Positions 20,627 through 29,800 of a stretch of DNA of 64,000 nucleotides are shown piece by piece. A program made the position numbers and the translations under genes. The DNA is taken from NCBI GenBank assembly GCA_965644315.1, contig CBFFRQ010000043.1:372001-436000 (forward strand), in the 5' to 3' direction. Every line of letters starts with the position of its first letter. The first letter of the stretch is position 1. The notes below the pieces were generated by a model that was not told the origin of the DNA, ran no database searches, and saw nothing but the letters and a program-made list of their open reading frames with translations. The stretch is from Caecitellus pseudoparvulus (lineage: Eukaryota; Protista; Bigyra: Bicosoecida).

Positions 20627-23071
20627 CTACACCATTTGAGACTGTCGATGGCCAGAGGGGTGGGGTGCTTGGGGCAAGTCTGGCTGCGTGCTGCTTCTGG
20701 CGGCTTCCCATGCTTGGCGCCCGGCAAAGCTGTGTTCGTAGGGAGGGAGAATGGTGGCCGCGGCCAGTGCCACTGCCCCAGTGGTCATGAATGCAGCAAA
20801 CGGCTGACTAACCCGCAGCATGCCAGCTAGGTGCTTGCGGTACAAGAAACTCAATGTGCCACCCACAGCAACCCCAGCTCCTAAGCGAGAGCCTTCATCA
20901 GCTTGTGGCAGGCAGCCAGGGATCCGAAGCGTGAAGGGAGCCACAGCATGTTGCCAAAGTGACTCGAGCTGGCTTGGCTGGGAAAGAGGTGGCTGGGGGA
21001 GTGCAGAGTCGCACCTGCCCGCGGCACAGACAGCTGCGACTGGGTGGCAGCTCCACCAGCCAACATTGGTCCACGACAACGGTGCGACGTCTAGCTGCGA
21101 GTTGTACGTGTCAACCAAGACGTCTTCATGAGGGTCACTGGCCATGGCATGCCGCAGGTCCTCAACTGCAACATGCGCTCCCCTTCCATCCAGCACGGCT
21201 GAGAAGTCTTCCTGGAGTTGGGCAGTCGCACGCTTCGCCGCTGCTCGCAGTGTAGCGCGAACCTGCGGCGATGGAGTAGAACCCGATGCACCTGCAAGTC
21301 CTAGCGCCGTGGAGAGCAGGTGTGAACAGGGCAAGCTCGCGGGCAGGTTTCCAAGGCTCACTGCCATGTCACGCGGCAGGCTACCCAGGTGGGCCTGCAC
21401 CCCTTGAGCGGATAGCGAGGAGTGCAATCGCGACGCACGAGAGAGTTGCCCGCTATCAAGTGGAGGTGCTGTGGCTGCCAGGGTCAGCATGCCCCCTGGC
21501 ACAGGTGTCCGCTGCATGAGGTGAGGGGTGGGCAACTGCGGGGAGGCTTCAACTTCAGCACCGACAGGCGGGAAAGCGACACCTTCCACATCGCATGCCT
21601 GCACAGCTCCGCATTGCACAGCCAGGGGCAGGCGGTGAAGCAGGCTTCCAGAACCCCGCAGAAGCGCATCTTCCATGCTGCGCTCCCCCCAGCGGGAAAT
21701 TTCGGCAGCAACAGCCGCCCGCAGTGCCCAAGATCCACTTGGTTGCCGCTCAACCGCGCTTCGGTCACACCGGGACACACCAACGCGCTGCATATGCTCT
21801 GCGGCGATGGCCAGTCTGGCCGTTCCCAAAGTTAGGGCGGCACTCTCCACTGGGTCAGCGATGCAGTGGATGTCATGTGCAAGGGGCGTGAGGGGGGCAT
21901 CCAGCGCCATGTCCGCCAGTACCGCACTCACTGCAGCATGCGGCAAGGCAAGCACAGCATCGCTACGAGCTGCCCACGAACGTAAGAGGCCTTGCTGTGG
22001 CTGCCTCGAAATTGCGTCAGTCGCCAAGGCCAGTCCATCCTGAAAGGCACTCTTGGCAGAGGCGGTCACGCCCCCTTGGCTAAGTTGGCTGCCTGTGATC
22101 GCTTGCCCCATGCGTTCCAGCGCCAGGGCAAACGCTGAGGGCGTCTTGCAGGAAGAAGGCACCGCAGGTTGGGGAGCGGGGAGGTCCTCTGCGCTGAGCA
22201 GGGCAGGCTGCGCTGCCAGCAGCACCGGCGCCTTGGCCTGGTCTGCTGTCGAGCGGATTGCGCCCAGGCAGGCTTGCATGACGTGAAAGGAAGCGCCTAA
22301 GTCGGGCAGCAAGGGGATCATGTGGCTCAATTGGCCGTGTGCATGCGCCCAGCCAGCAGGCGCGGTCAGGTGTGAGGTGTGGGGCAGGACAGGAGCGGCA
22401 GGCCCCTCAAGCAAGCCTGACAAGGACGGGCTACGCAGTCCGGGAGCCGGGCCGGAGCGCGTCGCAGCGAGGGGAGTCGGCATGGTGTCTGGAGTGCCCG
22501 CGGCCGCTGCACTCGTGACAAACGCCCGCACGCGGCGGGCTGCCGCGAGGTCAGCCGTGCTCGCTGGCATGCGGTGCAGCAACCCTGCTGTCCACGACGC
22601 GGCAGCTGCAACTTCTTCGGGGTGCTGCAGTCGGCGGAGGCCATACTCCACAACAGGGAGCGCGATACATGATGCGAGTAGTGGCACTGCTCGATGCGTA
22701 ACGAGGAGGTGAGCCGCGTGCTGCATCACCCGAGCTGTGAAGCCAGCGGTGATTCTGCGACCCTCTGCCTTGACAGCACCGAGGGTGGCCCACGTGACTT
22801 GCCCCACAGTGACCAGATATAGCGGCGCCAGAAGAAGGGCCCCCAGCTCCACGCCTTCCACCATCCGCAAGAACGCGCCATGCTGAAAAGGAGATGTGGC
22901 GTCTCTCAGCTCTTTGGGGGGCGGGCCTGCATGTTGGCTGGGACCTCCAGCGTCGCCGCCTGGACCTGCTCCAGCTTCAGCAGCAGCCTCATCCACAAGT
23001 GACTGAATGTCTGCTACCTGTGCTGCTCGACCTTCGCCAGTGACTGCTCCGCATGCCGCAGCCTGCTGCAT
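20627..23071 (-). CDS. Hypothetical Ala-rich protein with possible hydrophobic segments near both ends
   Basis: Long ORF of >800 codons with first ATG at 23071. It fills the gap between NOX and the SEL1 gene. No family recognised. Confidence 0.6.
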   Translation of the reverse strand: MQQAAACGAVTGEGRAAQVADIQSLVDEAAAEAGAGPGGDAGGPSQHAGPPPKELRDATSPFQHGAFLRMVEGVELGALLLAPLYLVTVGQVTWATLGAVKAEGRRITAGFTARVMQHAAHLLVTHRAVPLLASCIALPVVEYGLRRLQHPEEVAAAASWTAGLLHRMPASTADLAAARRVRAFVTSAAAAGTPDTMPTPLAATRSGPAPGLRSPSLSGLLEGPAAPVLPHTSHLTAPAGWAHAHGQLSHMIPLLPDLGASFHVMQACLGAIRSTADQAKAPVLLAAQPALLSAEDLPAPQPAVPSSCKTPSAFALALERMGQAITGSQLSQGGVTASAKSAFQDGLALATDAISRQPQQGLLRSWAARSDAVLALPHAAVSAVLADMALDAPLTPLAHDIHCIADPVESAALTLGTARLAIAAEHMQRVGVSRCDRSAVERQPSGSWALRAAVAAEISRWGERSMEDALLRGSGSLLHRLPLAVQCGAVQACDVEGVAFPPVGAEVEASPQLPTPHLMQRTPVPGGMLTLAATAPPLDSGQLSRASRLHSSLSAQGVQAHLGSLPRDMAVSLGNLPASLPCSHLLSTALGLAGASGSTPSPQVRATLRAAAKRATAQLQEDFSAVLDGRGAHVAVEDLRHAMASDPHEDVLVDTYNSQLDVAPLSWTNVGWWSCHPVAAVCAAGRCDSALPQPPLSQPSQLESLWQHAVAPFTLRIPGCLPQADEGSRLGAGVAVGGTLSFLYRKHLAGMLRVSQPFAAFMTTGAVALAAATILPPYEHSFAGRQAWEAARSSTQPDLPQAPHPSGHRQSQMV

Positions 23072-23444
23072 GGCTCTTGCGGAAATACTCCTCTGCAGAG
23101 CAACACACTCAACAAGCCTGCGAGCGCTGCCTCTTGAACGGCCGCCCCAGGGTCTAGCCACACAGCAAACCAGGTACCTGGATCAAGCGTTGCCCACAGC
23201 GGATCATTCTCTTGGGCGGGTATTCTAACGTTTCAGTCTTGATTTGCACGACAAGCTTCTCTGCGCTCTTTCCGCTGGCACTCCTCGGGATTGGATATAA
23301 TTTGAATCATGGGTATCTAGATGACATAGTAACTCGCTGTCATCCGCCTTTGTCCTCCCAAGGTGGTCAATTGCAGTCCGCAAAGAGTGGGAAGGTGAGG
23401 CTGGTATGCTCTCGCAATTTCCGCACACAGCCAGGCACGTCGTG

Positions 23445-24659
23445 ATGAGGAGCAGGCTGCCCTCCATCGCCGCAAGCTTCAGAGCCTTCCACTCTGCGTC
23501 TGCCCCAGCAGCTGTGATGGAGACCATGGCCCGTCATGCCGGCCCGCTGCAGTTGTTGGTTCAGCCAGGAGCGGCCAGAAGCGAGCAGGGGGGGTCGGGC
23601 TTGCCTGCTGAGGTTGCGTGGCGGCAGTGGCAGGCCGCAGCCGGCAACGACCCTGCCATGCAGCTGGCTGCACAGGCAACACAAGGCAACGTTGAGGCCA
23701 GTGTTTTCCTGGCTTTTGCTCTGTGGCTTCGAGACGGCGTCCCGGCAGTTCATCGGCAAGCTGCGCGGTGGGCAGCTGGTGACCTCACGCACTCTGTGGC
23801 ATCCCATGCTCGCGGCACCAGTGGCAGCGAGGCAGAGACTGTCTTGCAAACCCTGCAACACATTATGCGCATAGATGGCAGCCTCTCTGCTGCCCAAGCC
23901 GCTGAGTCCGTGCTGCAGCGGGGCCAAGCTTGTGTTGCTGGGGGCACCCCCCCCGGTTTGTCATCCTCGGCCACCACTCTGCTGTGCGCCTCCCTCGTGT
24001 GCACGGAGCCCACCCTGCAGTCTGAGTTTGTTGCAGCGGCGCATGCGACAGGCTTGCCACAGGCAGCACAGCTGAGTGCAGCCCAGGTTCGTCAGGCTTG
24101 GATGGCCCGAGGCGCCACGGTGGAAACTTACCGCGCTGCCATGAAGGTAAAGTGGGTGCGTCAGCTCCTCAAAGCAGACTGGTACCCAGCCCACGTGCAG
24201 TTGGGCAGAGGGCTGCTTTCCCTTGCGCGGAGCATGCCTTCCCACGAAGGCAGCAAGACTGCAGACCGGGCGCTCTCCCTGCTGCGTGGGGCTGCTCAGC
24301 GGTGCAGCGTAGATGCTGCGGCAGAACTGGGTGCCGTGCTGGCACACGGCGCGCCAGGTCGGCCCCGTGATGGTGCTCTTGCGCTGGCTTACTTGCGACA
24401 GGCGGCGAGGGCGGGGCATGTGCGCGCGATGGTGGAGCTAGGGCGACTGCTGCAGCAGCTGGGCATGCCACGGCGCGAAAGTGAAGCCTGGTGGGTGGGA
24501 GCTGCACTGGCAGGTAGTGGTGCTGCTCGGAGACTGCTGCTAGAGCAGCCGATCAGCTGCTCCAAAGAAGATGTGGAGGCTTGCGGTGGCGATGCCAAGG
24601 CGTTGGAAGTATGGCTGGCACAAGCTGATCGAGTCGCTGCAAGGCCAAACGCTGAGTAA
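23445..24659 (+). CDS. SEL1-like repeat protein, possible mitochondrial presequence
   Basis: SEL1 pattern in ALSLLRGAAQRCSVDAAAELGAVLAHG..RDGALALAYLRQAARAGHVRAMVELGRLL. N-terminus MRSRLPSIAASFRAFHS is presequence-like. Alternative ATG at 23406. Confidence 0.7.
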   Translation: MRSRLPSIAASFRAFHSASAPAAVMETMARHAGPLQLLVQPGAARSEQGGSGLPAEVAWRQWQAAAGNDPAMQLAAQATQGNVEASVFLAFALWLRDGVPAVHRQAARWAAGDLTHSVASHARGTSGSEAETVLQTLQHIMRIDGSLSAAQAAESVLQRGQACVAGGTPPGLSSSATTLLCASLVCTEPTLQSEFVAAAHATGLPQAAQLSAAQVRQAWMARGATVETYRAAMKVKWVRQLLKADWYPAHVQLGRGLLSLARSMPSHEGSKTADRALSLLRGAAQRCSVDAAAELGAVLAHGAPGRPRDGALALAYLRQAARAGHVRAMVELGRLLQQLGMPRRESEAWWVGAALAGSGAARRLLLEQPISCSKEDVEACGGDAKALEVWLAQADRVAARPNAE

Positions 24660-24853
24660 AACGGCATGCGTCAGCCATCTTGGATCTGATGCGCACGTTG
24701 CGCGGGTGCTTCCGTGCTGTTAGGGGCAGCTGGCGATGGGCCCTGCAACATGTCGCAGCGGTGCACGGTGGACACACTCCAAGCCCAGCCGACATGGTGC
24801 CAGTTCGCAGCTTGTAGCACCAAGGAATTCAATCGCCTTCATGCACCTTCAGC

Positions 24854-26602
24854 ATGGTGGCCTCAAAGTTTGTTTGCTGGGCTGCACTGGTGGTCGTCTC
24901 GGGCTTCCTTGCCACCTCCCGCTTCTTCGCTGAAGACCCTCGTGGCAGCGTGCTGGTTCTCATCCGAAATGTCATCAGGGGAAGCACGGAAGAGCCCAGC
25001 TCAAATGAAGACGCCAATACGCTCACCGCGCACTGGGAGCGCGAGCGCAAGATGTGAGTGTGCGGCCCCACTTTGCTGCTGCTTGGGAAGCAATTTCCGC
25101 ACCAGAAGCCGTTCCGTTGCACCGTCTTCTGTGGTTCCAGGTGTGCTTCAGTCCCGACGTGGACCAAGCAAACGATTGGGGAAACGTTAGGATCTTATCA
25201 GCCGGCAGTCAGTGAGGTGAATACCTTCAGAATTCCGCCGCTTGACCCAACTCTTTCAGATCGTGAGGTTGTCTTGAGGCAGTTCACCCCGCCACGGTGG
25301 AAGGAAGTGAAGGCGTGGGGCGACTCGCTGCCGCCGACGTCACAACAGCCAAAAGACCTCTCCAAATTGCTCCCCAGTGCCGACCAGGCACTTGGTCTTC
25401 GCCCAGGCATCGTCTTTATGCATGGCGGGGGCTTCGTCATCTGCGGCAACGGCAGCCATGACCACCTGCTGCACCGCCTGGCAGTGCTGAACAATGCCAT
25501 TGTCTTTGCGGTTGAGTACGCCAAGGCCCCTGAAGATCCTTGGCCAGCAGCAGCTGAAGACACGTTTGCAGCTCTACAGCACGTTTCTCGGCATGCAGCG
25601 GGCCTGGGCGTGTCCAGCCGGGGCCTGTTCGTAATGGGGGACTCGGCTGGAGGTAACCTCGCGGCGGTGAGCACGCTGTGGGCGCGTGATGGAGAGGTTG
25701 ACGAGAAAGGGCAACCTCTGGACACCGAGCCTGAGGCTCCCCACCTCGTTCACCCGCTCGCTGGGCAGGTGCTCGTCTACCCCACCACAGCATACCTTTC
25801 AAGTGTCCCAGGCGCTGGTCTTGACTTGGGCAGCGTTCGGCAGTGGGGACACAACATACCATGGGCGCCTTGGGGGCGTCGCTTCCTCACCGCTGCTGCC
25901 ATGCGTTTGTACCACGAGGCCTACCTGGCGGACATCAAGGCCGACTTGCCCACGAAGCCTCACCTGGCCACTCACCCACACCACTCGCCACTCTTTGCAC
26001 ACAGCCACCAAAACCTCCCGCCAGCCCTCATTGTGTTGGCTGAGATCGACGTGTTGCGCGACGATGGCCTGAGGTATGCTGATGCGCTGCGGCTGGGAGG
26101 GGGGTATGTGCAGATCGTAGACCTCCCTGGGACGCAGCACGCCTTCTGGAACGTGCGTGCACTGTACCAGAGGGAAGTTGGGATGTTAGAAAGAGCCGTG
26201 ACGGGGCACTTGGAGACCTGCCTGCGGGCAGTGTCCGCCAACACAGTGCAAGGGTCGGCGGCTGGGATCCTGCAGGGCACGTCTTCTGTGCCTTGCCACA
26301 AGCCCTGCCCAGCTGCCCCCACCTGCAGCCCTACAAGTGAGCGCAAGGTGGAGCGGACGCCTGCCGAAGGGGGCACGTTGGGTGGATCTGCAGCCGCTGT
26401 GGCGGCTGGGCTAGACCCGGCAGATCCCCAGCTGTGGTCTGATGTGGAGGTGGATGCGGACGGCATTCTGGTGGGAGACGCTGTACCGGAGGAGGCCACA
26501 CCCGGGTCAGAGTACTACGTTGGTGATGACGAAGAGGCTGAAGCCATGCAGGCTCAATACGCGCGCATGGCCCAAGCGGAGGCTGCGGCAGACCTGGAGT
26601 GA
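24854..26602 (+). CDS. Hormone-sensitive-lipase family alpha/beta hydrolase (abhydrolase_3) with N-terminal membrane anchor; 2 exons (24854-25053, 25141-26602)
   Basis: HGGG oxyanion motif, GDSAGGNL nucleophile elbow, AEIDVLRDDG acid and GTQHAF His. Intron 25054-25140 (GTGAGT..CAG) joins the hydrophobic first exon in frame. Confidence 0.88.
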
Positions 26603-26859
26603 GCCTGGCAAAGCCGCGCTGAAGCTGCAGCCCTTCGTGGCAAGCCCATCGAAAGGCTGCGTGAAAAATGCAAAATGCGCGCAAAGTTGTAGCACACATG
26701 GGGTCTTCGTCTTTGGTGGCCTGTATTCCTTGGCTATCTCCTCGTCGGGACACCTTGATGTCGGTGCTCTTTTGTGCGGTTGCTTGCGATAGCCTTCTCA
26801 GCTGCTAGGCCAATCGCCCGCCGAGGGGGCGGGCTTGTTGAGCTACGCCCACACAGACC

Positions 26860-29800
26860 ATGCCAGGCAGTCAGCAGCAACATGGAAAGCCTGGATCGGG
26901 GTTCAGTCCGCGGAATGCACCATCGCGTGGAACTGCTCGCCGCCGGCGACGCTCCAGCACAAGCTCCGCGTCGCCTCGAAGTATGGACAAACGCAGGCGG
27001 CGCGGCTCGACGGGTTCACCTCGCGCAGTTTCACCACCGAGTGACGAATCCAGCGCCCTCCCCCTGGCTGCGTTGCTGGAGCCTTCTCTGCCGTCCACTG
27101 TGGCCTCTGCCATGAGCAGCATGTCGAGCGTTTCTGACAGCGAGCCAGCGCAGCTTACGGGAGAGCCTCCAACCCCCCCCCTCGCGCCCCGCCTGCACAT
27201 CCCAGCGCCACAGCCTCCTACAGTCCAAGATGAGGGTAGTCCGATTGCAGAACTACTTCCCACATCACTGGCTAGACTGCTGCGCTCCTTGATGGCTGAG
27301 CTTGGCCTTCCTCACTGGACGAGTGGTGCTGCTGGATCCCCCCCTCACCCGCCTTCGACATGGTTGTGGCGGGCTGAATTTTGGTGTCCCAACCGATTCT
27401 TCGCCGACCTGTTTGGTGACCTGCGCCAGACTGGTTCCAGGGGCCTGGGCACGTCTCCAAGGCCGCTGCGCTCAACTCCTTCGTCTGCCCAGCTCAGTGC
27501 CAGCGATGATAGCATGGGCGGCTTTTCGCCTGCAGCTGCAAGGCCGACCTCAGCTTCCTCCCAGCGAAGCGACTCTGGGAATGGAGTCGAATCTGGTGAC
27601 ACCGCGCGCCCGCTCCGTGGGCCACGGCAGCGCCAGGGTCTCCGCCTGGCATCTGCCAAGCTCGGCAAGACGAGCCGGTCACTGGGGGTGAGCAAGCTGA
27701 CTCAGGCACGCAGACTTGCTCGAGCCATCGCCCAGTTTGCTCCAGGACAGCTTGTACAGGAAGAAGGTGGCGTGTGGCTACCGCTGTTTAATGACGTGGA
27801 CCTTTTCGTCGCCACGTGCATTGCGCTGCGGGTAGGCGCAGCACAAAGGCGCAGTGAACGTGTGGCGGGTGATGGGACAAGTCCAGATTCTGTGCAACAT
27901 GGGTTGACGTCAGAGGAAGCACACGCTTCAGTTCCGCCTATCATGCACGTAGCACGCAGCCGGGTCAGTGCAGCTGCTGGCTTGGGCTCAGCATCACAGC
28001 ATTCAGCAGGCAGCAGCACACAGCGGCCTGGCATTGACGTCGATGCTGCTGCGTTAGTATCCAGGGCCGCAGAGGCTCCCCTCCTGCAGCTAAGAGTGAG
28101 GATCAATGAAGGGAACCCCCTCGCCCCCTCCCTGGCCCACCTACGTCCCGCGCCACTGTCGCACAAGTTCAGCTCAGGCGCTGCTGACACTGCTTCGGTG
28201 GTCGCGACGGCGTCTAATAACACAGCAGCGACAGTTGCATCACTGCCAGGTGGGATGGTCTGCTTGCCAGGCTTCACTAGCCTTGTGCCGGGGTTGTTGG
28301 GACACTGTGGACAAGGCGAGGTGAGCGGGGGGATATCTGACGGTGGCACCCCTGCTCACAGCTCCGGAAGCAGGGCATCCTTGCACTCACGAAGAGAGTC
28401 GGAGTCAGGGGTCCTTGACTCTGCAAACGGTTACGACTCAGATGGGCCCCACTCTCCACTGCGTGCCTCTCCGCTCTCAGCAAGCCGCAGTCTGGATTGC
28501 ACCTCTCCGCACAGCAGCGCTGGGTCAAGCTCAAGGGATACTCAGCGACAAGGTGATTTTACTAGTGGCACTGGAGGCTCGCAGTTTCTCCGTCCTCCGG
28601 GAGTGTCTGGTGGTGATGCAAGTCTTGCTAGCGCTGCAGCTTCCACGCTGGCGGCAGCTGCCCGCGCAGCTTCTATGGCGTCCGCTTGCGACTCCAAGGA
28701 GTCTACTGAGGATGCTCATGCAGTGCATTTGCCATCAAATCCTGCGCCACTCCCTCCCATGTTGAAAAGCTCAAGCGTTGGGCGTCGTGGCCATCTGCTT
28801 GAGGCACGAGCACCGCATCCGAGGCATGTCGGCTCCACGCAGCTGCTCGGTCGCTCTCGAACCCGCCTCGCAACCAAAGGCGAGCAACAAGCTTTGATAC
28901 CGCGTGGGAACAGCCCTGACGTACAGCAACCTGAGTCGATGCTGAAGCTTCCGTCTCGGCAACAGCGGCCGCCAAACCCCGTGGCCACGCCCGGGTCACC
29001 GGTTCGGGTGCCTCAGCCGGCCGGCGCGAGAGACCCTACCAAGTCTCCCAGCTCCGCTGCTCTTGTCCGCAGCTTCAGTAGTCACGATCATACCATGAGG
29101 CTTCCTCAAGGGACAAGCTTGCATGCGCGTGCTGCCTCGGATGCTCACGGTGACTTGGCGCGCGTGCTCACTGGGCCGGGTGGTGTGGACATGGATTCCA
29201 CCATTGAGTCTGAATCCTTCTCGGATAGCATTATCCCAGGGCAAGACGGGATGGGCTTGTCTCACGCCCGGACAGGCACGCTGGCGAACCTGTCCATGGA
29301 TGGGGACCATGGGCTGGCTTCAGCAAGCGAAGTTCACCATGGGCGCTCGTGGATTCAGCAAGAGGAAGGGGGGCTGCAGCAGCAGGTGTTCACAAGTGGC
29401 ACTGTTGTACCGCCTCGCGACAGTTCTTTTGATGGATCGGAGGGTGACAGCAGGCTTACACCCAATGTGCTCATGGTGCGGCCTGAATATGAGCCCGATG
29501 CAGGCAGTCTCATGCTGCAGACCCAGCACTCCACTTCATCTGAAGGAGATGGCTCGTCGACAAAGTCCTCGCCAGTCCAGGGTAGTTTTGGGGCTGGCGC
29601 GAGCCATGTTCGAAGCTCCAGTGGCTTCAATAGCTTCTGGTTGCCGGGCGCCGCCCCCGTCATCACAGACGACAGCTCAGCAGCATCATCAGCATCACGA
29701 CAAGGGCCTGATCGACCAAGTTTGGCACCAACATCCCCGGTGCATGCTCGGTCGTCTTCCCACAGTTCGGTCAAACGCTTCAAGGGGCGCATGCCTCACT

